From Klebsormidium nitens (Eukaryota; Plantae; Klebsormidiophyceae), in the NCBI GenBank assembly GCA_000708835.1, contig DF237064.1, positions 62,001-126,000 of the forward strand: 64,000 bases of DNA, read 5' to 3'. The number at the start of each line of letters is the position of its first letter. Within the stretch, counting starts at the first letter, position 1. A program made the translations under genes and the position numbers. Shown one piece after another: positions 1 through 13,051 of the stretch. The notes beneath the pieces are model-generated. The model searched no databases and was not told where the DNA came from. It was given only the letters and a program-made list of their open reading frames with translations.

Positions 1-1754
1 CTCGCAAGGAGCTCCAACGACGGGCCCGAGGACCGCCGCTTCGCTTTTGAGCGCTTTTTCTTCAGCTTCTTCTTCGGCTTTTCTTCGGGCTGGATCGCCG
101 CCCCGACGGCAACGACCGGTTCCGAAGCACTTTCGTCCGCATTCTCCACGTCGGAATCCCGTTCTCCGGGGGAAAGGAAATGCGGTGCCCTCGTCCCCGT
201 TTCGGGGGGCTCGCCGTCTTTCCCCTGACCACGCCCCGCAATCAGCATCTCTGACAACTCGTCCTCCGACTCCGCCCCCTCCATTCTGAACAGTCGCGAG
301 TCCGTCCCTTCTAACAATCGTAAGCGCGGGCTGACCTCTCCTCCCTTCTTTCGCTTCCTCATCCCTTCCTCTCCATCTACCATCTTGCTCCCCTCCATTC
401 TGAAGTCCAGCGGCGAACCCGCCCGCGATCTGTGGCTCTTTTCGGGGGTCCGCAGCTGCGGGGGGGTCCCTGCGGGGCTCCTGACAACGACAGGTGTCGC
501 AATGCCATTGACCACTTCCCTTGGCCGCCACGCTTCCAACTGGTGCTCAAACACCCAGTCCGAGTACGCCGACGTTTTCGCAAATATGGTTCGAAACGGG
601 ATTCGTATCGGCTCGGGGGCTCCGTCGGCCTTCATCTGCTTTTCTGGGAGGGTGTTCACACTTTCGTTGTCAGAGCCGTGGTCCATCCACTTCCCTTCTT
701 TCCTCGCGCCTTGTTTCTTCTTCCTGGGATCTAGAATTCCCCAGCTGCGCTTGCTTGGCGCCGTCACACTCTTCAAGGACGAAAACATGTTCCTCAGGCG
801 CACTGGCTTCTGCTTCCCCTTTGCTTCAGGACCCTCGTATGCCCCCCGCGAAGCCTCCACCTCTTTCCGAGACACACTGCTCTGCGGCCTTGACTCCGCA
901 AACCGACTCCTCCCCAGCTCTCGTCTCTCCCTACTGGAGGCCCCCCTTTTCCCCTCGTCGTCCGGCCCCCCCCTCGGCGGAGCATGGTCCCCCGTCAACC
1001 GCCGCAGAAACAGGGCCCGCAGGTCCAACTGCGACTCAGGCGTGCGCGCCCGCAGCCTTTGGATGTATTCACGCTCCACATCACCCACGCTCGGCTCAGG
1101 CGTGGGCTCCGGTGTGAATTCTTTCACCTCCTTCGCGGCTCGCTGCTTCGCGAGACTGTCGAGCTGCGCCGCGAGCGCCTCCCGAAATGCGAGCTCGGAA
1201 TTGACCGAGTCTTCCAAGAGCCGGGAGCTCGGCAGACTGAGGACTCGGTGCGCGTGAGCTCGTGCGAGGCTCGCCCGGTTCGCCGCCGCGAGCTGTGCCA
1301 GCTCGTCTTCCACGCTCAGGAAAGCCTTGAGCTTCTTCTTCCTTTTCTTGGCCCCAGGCATCCCATCCGAAGCTTTAGCCTTCCCTTCCGAAAGCCCCAG
1401 AGAGACGCTCCGGATTAACACCGGATGCCCCCTTTTCTGCAGCAGGGGGGTCTCCACCCTGCTCGTCGTGTGCCACGGCGACGCCCCCCGCAGCGGAGGA
1501 GGGCTCTTTCTCGGCGTGCGCTGATCTGGCGTGCTGTGATTGGAGGAGCTGTCCCTGCTCAGGGTTTCCAGCATTCTGGCTTTGAGCTCCTCTGAAAGGG
1601 CCTTCGTTTCTTCTATGTGCATGCGCAGGCTCCTGCGGCTCTCAGCAGAGGAGGAAGAGGCAATGGACTGGACGCTGGCGCCGCCCTCGGACCGGTGGGT
1701 GTCCATTTCGGACGACCGGTGAGTGTCCAGCTGAGAGGGGTGTGGACTGTCCAT
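1..1754 (-). CDS. Hypothetical low-complexity (K/R/E/S/P-rich) protein, 3' end runs off the window
   Basis: Manual minus-strand translation from ATG at 1754 (MDSPHPSQLDTHRSSEMDTHRSEGGASVQS...KKRKKKLKAFLSVEDELAQL...) stays open to base 1. It is absent from the ORF track because no stop lies in the window. No domain recognised. Confidence 0.6.
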   Translation of the reverse strand, partial: MDSPHPSQLDTHRSSEMDTHRSEGGASVQSIASSSSAESRRSLRMHIEETKALSEELKARMLETLSRDSSSNHSTPDQRTPRKSPPPLRGASPWHTTSRVETPLLQKRGHPVLIRSVSLGLSEGKAKASDGMPGAKKRKKKLKAFLSVEDELAQLAAANRASLARAHAHRVLSLPSSRLLEDSVNSELAFREALAAQLDSLAKQRAAKEVKEFTPEPTPEPSVGDVEREYIQRLRARTPESQLDLRALFLRRLTGDHAPPRGGPDDEGKRGASSRERRELGRSRFAESRPQSSVSRKEVEASRGAYEGPEAKGKQKPVRLRNMFSSLKSVTAPSKRSWGILDPRKKKQGARKEGKWMDHGSDNESVNTLPEKQMKADGAPEPIRIPFRTIFAKTSAYSDWVFEHQLEAWRPREVVNGIATPVVVRSPAGTPPQLRTPEKSHRSRAGSPLDFRMEGSKMVDGEEGMRKRKKGGEVSPRLRLLEGTDSRLFRMEGAESEDELSEMLIAGRGQGKDGEPPETGTRAPHFLSPGERDSDVENADESASEPVVAVGAAIQPEEKPKKKLKKKRSKAKRRSSGPSLELLA

Positions 1755-2731
1755 GGCTGCAGGCCAATCTGCAGACCTCAGAGTTCAAAACCAGCTCATA
1801 ATCTCTGGAATGACTGTCAGCTGAAAATAGGAAAGGAGTGTTGGCTATGGCCTGCTAGGCAGAATCTTTGGAGAGATGACTCAGCAGGGAAGCGTCTTCA
1901 GACTCTTCTTGCAGGGCCCAATGCTGCAGGCCCTTTCCGCCGCTTGCACCATTATCTAGCTAGCGTGTGTGTCAAAGTTGATTCTCCTGCATGAGGGAAA
2001 CCCGGAACGGCGCATGAATGGGAGCTAGGGAACCCTAAATTCTTGAGCTGGCGCTAGCTGGGCAAACCCTAGACGGTCAAATATCTAGTTAGCTTAACCA
2101 TCTCACAAAACCCGCGCGCCGGTGCGTGCGCGGGCCGCGCCGCCTCCGAGGGGCCGATCCGACTCATCCCGGCCCCCGGGCCCTCCGATGGGCCCGGGCT
2201 GCTGCACGCGCGGCGCCGCCCCGGACGCGCACGATAGTAATTCGGCCAAGCGCCAACTATTTGTATTGATTAGGCAGCACTGACAGAGACAGAGACAGCT
2301 CACAACCGCCGATCACGTCACCAACATATGTGTGCCATGCAATAGCTAGTTAAGCCTGTTGCGTTGGCCGCACTGCATGGCTATGGCATTACGAAGGAAT
2401 TTTTCGTAGAAATCACCACCGTCATGATGTTCTCCGGCCGCGGGCTGCTCCCGCCAGATTATACAGGGAGTAGCCTTTCAGATGGTCCCAAGGGACTGCG
2501 CAATTGCGTGTGTTGTGCACCTGGCACTGTGATGCAACCTGATGGCGGATGATGTCGGAGGGCTCCGTATCATCAAATCACCATCACCTCCTCACATGCA
2601 ATGATCATGCAAATCGACGAGCTGCGAGCAATGCTTCAAAACCCAAGGCGGCACAGGCCGTACGCACAATTGCTAGAGAATCATGTACGCCAATGCACGG
2701 CCTTTCGATTTAGTAAAGTCAGCCTTGGTGG

Positions 2732-5700
2732 CTATCGCAACGCCAATGCTTGTTTTTGCAATCGTCCAATGTAACGCTCAATCTTCCCAGGATTACCATG
2801 CATTACGACCTTTCCGTCGTGCATGTATGCGGCCCCATCGGCAAACGGCAGCTCCTCTAACCGATGCGTGACCCAAAGCGCAGTGACCCCCGATTGCATG
2901 CTAACGACGTTTTTAACCGCCTCTAACACCCCAATCTGCAGAATAAGAGAGCAAGCTGTAGAAGGTCCAAAGATCCAAGACAGCCGGCAGACGTGTTGGT
3001 AGAATCTAGTCCAAAGAAAGCACCATGCCGAAATGCTTTACTCAGATTACACGAAGAATTTGTTCTTCTCCGGAAGCTGAAGTCGTGTCTTGCAAAATCT
3101 GATTACAGCCTGACGGTTGCGCACGCGCTGAGATGGAAGACCTTTTTCTGCATTAGTAGACCATTGTCTGCACTAGTAATGGCTCCAACCTAGCTTGATA
3201 AGCACAAGCGTTCGAATTTTGGATGGTGTATCGGTGAATTCAGCGGACTTCGCATTGTAAACCGGACGACAACCAAATGCCAGTTTTAGATGGGCAACCC
3301 TTTACAAACCTCGCAAACCTCCCAACTCTGCCTGCGCATACGCAGACGTCTTGCTGCAACGAGAGGAACCGCCGTTTTCCACAACTTGCAACCTCCAATC
3401 AACAGCTCCGTGCATATCAAACCATGGAAATGCAAAAAAGTTTCGGCTTCGGATCTTTGGTTTTACGTAAAGCCCAGCCAACGTGCGGCTCACCTGATCC
3501 TCTTCGTCCAGAAACGTCGTCAGCTCGTCCAACAGCAGCACCTGACTCCGTTCCGCCAGCGCGCCCGCGATCGCCACACGCTGCTTCTGGCCCCCGCTCA
3601 ACGTCTGCACCGACCGCTGCAACAGTAGAAACGAGTCGGGCACTTTTGAAGGAGCCAGACAATAGTTCGGCTTTGAAAACTTCCGCTTTTGAGTGAGAAG
3701 CCCTCCCGTAAAGTAGTCGCACGGTGAGGCCACGACCTTGCTGCTTCGAGGAGCTTTCTGCTGCGTCGCACCTCCCAAGGAAGGATACGTACCGCAGAAT
3801 GGACGAAGGGCACTGACGCGTCTTGTCCCATCCGCATCTTCTCGCAGTCAAGCTGCTCAATGTATCGACATGGCCTTCCCGCGAAACAGGACCATTCTGC
3901 TGGATGGATTTTTTGATTGCGAAAGAGCGCCTTAGTTCCTCACCCGAGTGTAGTCGCCCATGCCGACAATCTCGAGCGACTCCTGCACCCGCCGCTTCAC
4001 CTCGTCTTCCGGTAGGTGCATCCGCCCCAGCCCGAACGCCACGTCAGCACCTGCTGTCGGCATGACGACCTGGGAGAGCGTTCATGAGGCTTAGACCATC
4101 CGCTTACAGACACTCAAAAATCATGGCGGCACCAACATACGTTGCAAAGTCGCCTTCAATATCACGTTTTTGATGTATTCTATTTGCGAAAAGCGTTCAA
4201 TAATCTTGGTCCCTCCAAGTAACGTGTATGGACATCAGCAAAGGGCGCCCATTTGCACAAGGTCATCGGCTGGCCGACCTTGATTTGGGTTCCGGATGTT
4301 CATTAGCGATTGGGCTCCTGAAACACGCCCAACTCAATCTTCTGCCAGCGCTCTGGAATTATCAAATCAGAGAGACCTGAGGACCACGGTGCGCAATAGG
4401 CAGTGCTCGTCTTCAATGCTTTTCCAATTAAGCGGTTTTTGACAGCAAGCGAAAATGTGTACCCTGATCAGACGAAGGTGGCATACCCAAGCAACACGAG
4501 TCTGATGATGAGTACTCTTCGACTTCACGCGCAAATAGCAAGCACACTCAATTCGCCAATACGTCACATCTTCCGGAATCTTTTTTGATAAAGCTCAGAT
4601 TCTCTTCTAGTCACTTCGTAGTCGCCTCGATTTTCAAGCCAAAGAAAACGCCTATGTAACAGTTTTTCATGATGCCACCTTGGCATGCCCGCAAAATACT
4701 TCAATCCCATCAGTACGGTGTGGTACATCCGATAGTTTGTAATTGAATTGGTTTCGAGAGAAGACAGAACCGTCTCAGACCAAGATTGGGTGCGACACAG
4801 TGACCCTTGTTTCAACACAAAGATCGTTGCTTGATGATCCTCGAGCATCCGATCCAAGCCCCATGTTCAGATGCGTTTACCCCTGGAAAGACCTGGAAAA
4901 AGGCAACTCGCCTGGTGATCCGGATTTTGGAAGACGAAGCTGCACGGCTGCGCTATCCGCAGCTCCCCCCCACTGTGGTCGAGCAGTCCTGCAAGCGCTT
5001 TCAATAGTGTGGACTTTCCACACCCGTTGGGGCCCAGCAGCATCCACAGCTCGCCCCGGGGAACTGCCAGTGTGGCGCCCTTCAGGATCTGGAGGGAAGG
5101 GGGAGAGTAGGTTTTCTTGAAAACTTATACCGCATCCTGCAACTATTTCTGGCAGCCTTGCCATCATCATCACCAAACGCACTGAGCACTGTCACGGGGT
5201 CCCTAAGAGAAGCTGACGTCTGTTCGTAACGATAAGTCAGGAACGAAGTTCCTCGCCCCTTGAAGCTGCACGGTGTTTCCGCTCAGCTGGGTGAATGTTG
5301 TCTGCTTCAGTTCCAAGGTCTGTTTTGTGTGCACGTGGGGCTGACGTAATCCCTACATAGACCCAGATACTTGCAGAGTGGCACCACACAGAAGCGCACT
5401 TTCCTTGTCGAACTACACCACCCTCCGATCGCTGATGATGATACTAACTCTACCACTATTACAGCTGGCACATAGGCGCAAAACATCGCGTTTATAGAGT
5501 AAGAACGTTCTCTTCAAGCACTCATCTCAACCAGCCGCTTCTCAAAACCTGCTCTTGACAGCGATCGGTACTTACCTGGACCCTGTCTCTGCTTGCAGAC
5601 TCCAGGGAAAGCGTCACATCCCGCACGTCGATAGCTAGGTCCTCTTCCTGCAATTCAGCCTGCCCTGGCGTTCTCCATTTGGCACTCGTCTGCATATGTC

Positions 5701-6118
5701 TGTTTTTCCGTCTCAAAGGGACGCCTCTATTTACCGCACTCATTAACCGGCCGTGTCTATCACAAGTCAGCTGCAATGATCCTAAGCTGGTGTCATGTTG
5801 CTTTACAGAGTGCCTGCTCCGGCTTCTTTGTGGCCTTCGACAGTCCGCACCCATGTTGACTGACTGGGAGAGCAAACTCGGGGTCTGCTTTCTACAGCAG
5901 CATCTGTTGCGATGTGACACCCAGGAACCAGCTTGGTAAACTGCAGATGATCGAGCACGTTTCAGAATGGAATGGGGGTACGAAAAGCGGGGATTAGGAG
6001 GCGTCAGCCCTCTTCTTGCTGCGCTATCAGAACTCCCTGAAGCACGATAGTTGCTATCAAAGTGCACCCCTGTGGTCCCTCCCAGGCTGCTCTTCCCAGC
6101 GTGCGCAGCATATGCCAT
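2732..6118 (-). CDS. ABCI10: Plastid ECF-type ABC ATPase, ABCI10/NAP13-like; 5 exons (6118-5576, 5088-4912, 4069-3944, 3616-3494, 2935-2732), about 390 aa
   Basis: Spliced translation shows Walker [11 protein letters not shown]-loop [14 protein letters not shown], signature [17 protein letters not shown], Walker [12 protein letters not shown] and H-loop WVTHRLEEL. All exon phases are consistent. Intron 2 has a GC donor (CAG|gcgagt). The start codon and long transit-like N-terminus are less certain. Confidence 0.9.
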
Positions 6119-7314
6119 AATTTGCTGTGGAAGGTGATCAAAAGCGATGCTACCAGCAGAGCCTGCTGTGAGTTTCAATTTGGCAGCCCTAGAACCAGCA
6201 ATTCCAAACACACATTTCGCACGGTTTGCTGCTGTACTTTCTCGAAGAGGATGATGTAAGTGCGAATCTTGGCTCTGCGAAGCTGAAGGAGCATGCAGAG
6301 AAAGTGCCAAGTGCTGCCACCAGTAATCCTGCTCCCTGGCGTGCAGCTCGGCAAGAGCTTCCTGGCCGTTGTGCGAGGAACGGGCGCAGCTTCCAAGCGC
6401 GCGACAGCACGAACTGGCTGTGCCACTTCAAACTCAATTACCACATGGCTGAACACAGAAATGCATTTCGAAAAGTGTGAAAAGCCGATCCTCAAGGTTC
6501 ACCCCCGGGGCGGCGGTGACGGTGAGACGCTTCTGGCGTCGAACTAGAGCTCGCGGGCAGTCCAATGTGAACCAGTCGGTATTACAAATGGTTTGAACGC
6601 ACAAGAAGGCCATGAATAACCGTCAGCGGTGACGTTTCCCCAGTTAGCGTGTTTACACTGGCTTCTGCAGTGCATGATTGGCTGCAAAACCTACACCATC
6701 CATCTAAGTAGTAAGAAGATCTTGCACGCGCAAGCAAGAAGAGACCACTTCGACGTTGTTCTTGCAAGACCAAGGCGCTGCTAAGCCAGGAGAAGGTCGC
6801 TCGTCAGCAATGCCGGCCAGGTACGCAGCTTTCATGGTCTCAGCGCCATCATCTTCCGTGGAGTGGTACAAATGCGCAGTCGTTCTCATAGCATTAGGAA
6901 AGCTCTGAGATCTGGGACGTAGCAGTAAGATCACTAAATGTGAGCTGGATCTTTCTCAGGCGCCTTCAGCAGATGAAATAGCCACCCTTCCAGTCTTCCA
7001 CATTGTCTGCCGCGCTTCTGAGACGCTTGTCCCCGTCCGCGCCCTTTACACCCTTAACACAGCTGTGAAAGTGGTGCATAATACACTTGAGACGGGCGTT
7101 CAGAGAGTGGACTCGTTTGCGGCAATGCTTCTTTCTCGATGCAGGTGTCAATATATCAGAGAGCACCATTCGAGCTCAGAATTGTGAAACTTGTTCCGCT
7201 GGGACCAGTGGTCGTGTGCACTGCCTGCGGCTGGCTTCATTTAAAACGCCTTCATCTCTTCTTCTCTTGCAGAACGAGAGCAGCGGCACCGTGTTGTTGC
7301 AACCAGCGAGCATC

Positions 7315-10300
7315 ATGGCTAGGAAGCGGTCGACCGCTCAGGTACGTAGCTCATTTCAAGCTCCCGGCGTTATTTACTAATCAGATGGTGTATGTCTGGT
7401 CACAGTTCAGATAGAAACTGACGCTTGCACCTTTACATGTGTCTTCCTGCTCGAAATGCTTGTTTAGTCTACCGCTTGGGGGACTGGCTTTTGTTAAGCT
7501 CTTGACATTGAACAACAACCAGTGTGATTTCGATCCTGCATGAAAAGTATACTGCGCCATTACATGTCTCACCTGGAACTCAGCGCCTGTTGAGAAAGCT
7601 TCTGTTTGCCTCCCTGTCTCTGACAGTCACAGCTCTAGTTTCGAGATGGACACTCGCAGTTGTAATAAGGTCTAGCATCCCAAACAAGCCAGTAGAGAAG
7701 CCAGCGTTTGAAACCAGTAGTTTACTTTTGAACAGTTGTCATTTTGAATCGGCAGTCTGTGCTGCGTTCTTCAAGATTAAACCTCTTCTCTGCCGGGCAC
7801 TTGGAATACAAAACGGAGAATCCTGCTTTTACAGGTTTTCTTGGGTGCCCTCTGCTTGCTCGCCTTCATCCCCTTGGTGTACAAACTGCCGGTTTCCATG
7901 CCCTCCCCCCACCTTCCCAGGGGGGTCTCGGACCCCCTTCCACTGAATACCCCAAGCCCCCCAAAGGTCAACCGCCAATCCAGGAGGATCGCCAGCCCCC
8001 TGAAAAGTAGTAACTTCTTTGGGGGGGTGATCGACGAGGGTGTCCAGGCGGCCGTCCACAATTCAGAGGAAAGGGCAAAACTGGGGCTGGTACAGCCAAC
8101 GCAACTAGGGGGGGGAGATGCTCTCCAGGATGAGCAGGGGCCGCACAGAAAGTTGCTTGACGGTTTGGGGGCCTCCGACGAGCGGTGGGGGGGAAATTGG
8201 CGCAGTTTCTTCCCGGGGGGCCAGCAGGAGATGTTCCAGTGCGACCGCTCGTCCCCCCTGACAGACGTGTGCGTTCTGAAGGGGGACATCAGAGTCAACC
8301 TGACGTCGGGCGAGATAGTGCTCTACTCCAGGAGTCCGGCAACCCCCCTAGGAGAGGAAGTCATCCGACCGCACCCCCGGAAGTGGCAGTGGGACATGAT
8401 TGCAAGTAGCGTGACAGAGTTCACGATCAAGTCGGTCGCCGCCGGGGGGGCGGAGCGAATGCCGTGCCTAAAGCGGAACACGGCGCCTGGGGTGCTCTTC
8501 TCCGTTGGAGCGTTCTGCGGTGGTGTTTTTCACGACTTCAATGAGGTTTACCTACCGCTCTTTGAGACGACACACACGACAGGGGGTGATGTCGTCATGC
8601 TCGTGTCAGACTTGAAAGGCGAGTGGTGGTGGCACGACGCGCCGCGGCGCAGCTTCGTCGGCGCGATGACTCGCCACCCGATCAAGATCATTGGCCGGAA
8701 CTTCGACACGGACAACTACGTCCAGGGGGTGGAGTGCTTTGACCAGCTCACGGTGGGGCTTTACCAGCACACGTGCATGTACGACGAGTTCGGGGGGGCG
8801 GAGAGCCGCTGGAAAGCCAGATCGGACGTGAAAGAGTTCGCGCCGTACGTCCGAAAGGGGCTGAAAATTCCGGACCCGGGGGGAGTGCCGGCGCGGGTGT
8901 TCGTTCCCGAGGGGGGGGTTCCGGTGGTCGGCATCGCGCAGCGCCTCAGCTCGCGCAAGCTCAAGAACTTCATCGACATTCTGAAGATTGCGAAAGCGGA
9001 CGGATTCAAAGTCGTCCCGATCTACTTCGAGCACTACTCCCCGGAGGAGGCGGTCAAAATCATGGCGTCGCTCGACGTGTTTGTTGCGGTGCACGGGGCG
9101 GGGTTGAGCAACATTTGCCTGATGCGGCCGGGGGGGGTGGTATTGCAAATCATGCCGTACGGGGAGGGGGGGAAGCGGAATGTCATCGGAGCCGAGTACA
9201 AGAACTTTGCGCTCGCGATGGATGCAGAGTATCTAGAGTGGAGCGTGCCGGCGCACGACAGCACGATCAAGGACCAGTACAACCAGACCGACAAGATTGT
9301 CACCTCGCCCGAGCTGTGAGCAGATCCATTTCTTTTATTGAGGTTTCACAGGGCATGCTTGTGGGATTTGGGGCTCAGTTTCGAGTGCATAGCTACTTTA
9401 AAGAAAAGAAGGTTTTTGAGGAGGGGACGCAAACTCGTTTGCTCTGGCACTTTCAGCACAACTCCGCCTCATTTGGCTCGGTATAAAGTGCCCTCCTGTC
9501 GTTCACTCTTCTGCAAGTGCTTACACATCTTCAATTGACGTCTTTTGAGCATCTTGTCCGCTTCGTTCTGATTGTTTATTCAGTTGTAGCCTTCGTTTTT
9601 CACTAATTTTCAAACGCTCGAGTGTTGGTCGTTTCGGTGGCTGGATAATAGCGAAAGTTAGCGGCCTATTTAGCCTAATGTGGTATCGGGACGCCCGTTG
9701 TTGCGAATAATCCTCCAGCCGTGCTTCGTCCAAAGATTTCAACATCTCCACCCCAAATCCGGACGAGGCGAGACAGGGCGCTCCGATCCCGTTGACGTTA
9801 GAGCGACCTTCACATGGCCAGAACGTGCCATTCTTTCTAAAACCCTACCTGCACATTTCCTTTCTGATAGTGCTGCATAGGCCTGCCGGGTGTCAATGTG
9901 GCGTGCTTCCGTCTCAGGCTTCAAACCCGCGCTTGATAATGGATAAGATGTTGTTTTGTTGTTCCTTCATGGAGTATCTGGATTCGGCACGACATCCCTG
10001 CCTGCCAGCCGTCCTGACTTGTATCCTCGCATGGCTTTTCCTTGACGTCTGTTCTTTCAAAAGCCTCACTTCGAGCACGCCTCGAGTGCCGAAGTTGACC
10101 CGGTGCCTTATGGAGAAATTCAAGTCCGGGAAGCGACAGACTCGTTGAACACCTGCTTCTCTGGGCAGATTGTAGCAGAACGCCTTTTCACACTATCTGC
10201 AGGATCTGGAAGTTCCGGGGCAAGGATGCGATGAACATCTACCACAAGCAGGACGTCACGATGCCGGAGGACATGTTCCGGGCGTATCTGCACCAGATCC

Positions 10301-10344
10301 GGCGCACGCTGAGCCTGCGCGCCAGGATCGCTCAGGAGTCATAG
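7315..10344 (+). CDS. Glycosyltransferase family 61 type II membrane protein; 3 exons (7315-7341, 7835-9315, 10203-10344), about 549 aa
   Basis: N-terminal MARKRSTAQ|VFLGALCLLAFIPLV signal anchor. GT61 motifs: CDRSSPLTDVC..GDIRV, IRPHPRKW, FHDFNEVYLPLF, VAVHGAGLSN..LMRPG.VVLQIMPYG. The third exon restores the expected C-terminus (SPEL|IWKF...KQDVTM...FRAYL). Phases are consistent. Confidence 0.88.
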
Positions 10345-13051
10345 CTCATACAGCCACCGTTGTGCGCGATTACATCCAGCGCGACCCGCTTAGATCGGGT
10401 CTTACGTAGAAGTTTCTGCCCAGCACGCCTGCCCAGCGGAGACAGCGCCGATTTACACCAGGGTTTGCATTAAGCGGGTTTACGGGGCTCGCCCCCCAGC
10501 CGAACGGGCCGGAATGAGGCGGGGCCATAAGTTATCGGAGCGAATTAGCATTTCTTTATGTTTACCATTCACTGTGGAGCGAGAGCTCGGGAGCCGTAAG
10601 TTATCAGGAGGCGACGCGTTGGGGTAGGAGAGCAGGCGGTCAGTGGAAGCGGTCAACCCCTGCCAGGTAAGGGATAGTGAGTCTGACTTCTCTGCATTCA
10701 TCTGTGTGTCATACAACGCTCTGTGTTGCATTTTCAGGTTCGTCAGCAATGCTTTGTCCTGGGATGCCAGCGTATGCTATTAAAATTACGACGATAGTGG
10801 TCGAGAAAAGCAAAAGTTACCATTTTCCCTAAAAAAAGTCAAACGCTGAAAGAGGGCGTCGTCCTTTCCGGTGCCGCCTTTTGACCACTTTCGTGGCGAC
10901 ACCTGCGGAACAAATATCTCATCTAGGTCGAAATAGAGAGAAGCGTGAGTACGCAGTCGTTATCGTATCTGACTGCGCTTTCTGGCATTGGCCGCTTCTC
11001 GAGCGGCTGCGCTTTGTGCATGGGTCGGCAGTGATGCAATACCAGTCTCTGCATACCGGAATAAGAGCCCGCTTATGTTTGGGCGCAGGCATTTGACTCC
11101 GCTCTGTGGTTCTAAAGAGCAGTCTGCAAAACATAGCACACGACAGAAGTCCGTCGAGTATTCTCCGAGTCCAGCTTCTCCAATAGTACCTTGCAGAAGT
11201 CGACCGAGTTTTGCGCCAAGCTTCGATTCAGGAGAAACGATGTATCGTGTTCGTGTTACTGGTCTGATACCTGGCTCTGCAAAGTGATCAGTGTTTGAGG
11301 ACTTGCAACCTTCCACATATTAGGCAACAAAGGGCTGACGATACTAACGCCGTCTCTCGTTCTTCCCAGGCAACCCCGCTGAAGAAAGGAATCCTGAAGC
11401 CCATCCAACGGCCGTGATGCTCCGCCCGTCGCTTGTCTTCCTCCAAGCTCGGAACAGACGTCCTGATGTTCGCTCCGGGAACTGCCTCGTTAAGCTCACG
11501 CAAAACGAGCGCCCGGTTTGCACAAAGCGGGCACTACGGACTTGATTGCAGCTAAAACTGGATGAGCCTGTTATCTGCGGGTTCATAAGCACAGCGAGGC
11601 AGCCCTTACGTGTTTCTTCTTATCTTAGCTGGAACGAACCGTGGAAGTGGTAAACAGACTCAACTGGGAAGCGGAAGCTACAACGTCATCGTTGACTGTG
11701 ACATCACTGCATACCCCATTTTGATCTGGATAAGCTTCCGCGACTAGATGGGGACAATTTGTCGACAGTGTTAGCATTATTACATTGGATACATGTTGCT
11801 TGTGAGAGGCGGAGCGTGGGGTGTCAATCCGAGTTTGGTTCCGGGCTGGTCTGCCTCAGTGTCCCCCCGACTGTTAGAGTCACCAAAGTACATCTTTCAA
11901 TAACTGAAGAGGTTAATTTGTGAGCACAACTTGTGTAGTAGCGGCAGCACATATCGGACGGTCAGCTGATTGCTCTGTGGTATGAAAACTACCATGCCAC
12001 AATTGCCCCTTGTACAGCAGAGAGATTCTCTTTTGGCACTGTTCAGAATCCAGCAAACAAAACTAGACATGATCGACAAGTGCAACGCTCTACATAGGGC
12101 TTGGTCCGCTTGATTAGTCTGTATTTGATAGTCATATAGGAATCATTTTGTGGCAAGTATCTTTGAGATCGCATGAGCAGCAATGTGTGGCTCCAACCGT
12201 CGACTTTTGTATGATCTGGCCGTTCACCGAGTGTTAAACATCTCTGCCGACAGGTCACTGTCAATATGAGAACCTAGGCTAGTACTTGAGTTAGTATATT
12301 GCTAGGCGGCGGCCAGCTCCAAAGCGGACGGTCTCTTTTTTTTCCCGGACCCAGCAGGTTTGAATATGGTGAAGTTGGCTCCGCTCATATTTTATACGCT
12401 GCATGCAATCCTTCTGCTCATGATTTTCCAAAAGTGTACAATTTCACGCCATACTTTGCACCTCAAGTCCGTGCCAGGACAAGTGAACTTGCATTGCATC
12501 ATTGGTGCAGCACATCATTCAAGCATTGCCAGCTTGCAGTCATGGTGACTCACCTGAGAGTTCTACACTCTCGCCGCCTCGTGACCCCTTCAGGATGTAG
12601 CCTGGGCCGCCCGCAGGGCCACGTACGTACTGATGTCTTATGCCATTATCCACTCAAAGGCTGCGAGTCAAAGCTGACCGTCACGTCGTACCGTACATTA
12701 GTATTGCACCGATAAACGGTAGCAGGCGGCCTGCCAACACGCGGCCGCGCGCCGCCACCCACGTGCCACGGTACGTGCCCGGCTGCGTCTTCGTATATAC
12801 CTACCACAGATCGGACTATTCAGGAGGATGGGACGGAATCCGTTGTTGGGGAAACCAAAGGACCGGAATACTTGTTGGAAGGCTCACCTTTTTTGTGCCA
12901 CCACTTTTTGAATCAGCAGTTGGCATTGGCTGCCTAGGAGAGACTCTTGAGCAATCGAACAGCATTGAAGAAATTCTTCTGGAGAAGATTGGGTTCAATC
13001 AGACGGCAGGTGCTCTTGTCCGCAAGTTTTGGTTTTGCTTTTGCCGCAGCA

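Noticed and set aside
385-1257. 290-aa plus-strand ORF
   Set aside because: Antisense shadow of the minus-strand gene, with an S/L/F/R-rich composition typical of reverse-complemented K/E-rich coding sequence.
10400-12900. Possible gene between GT61 and the 2OG oxygenase
   Set aside because: Only short ORFs without motifs or a consistent exon chain. The CACGTG/ACGTG boxes near 12760 are too short to call regulatory.
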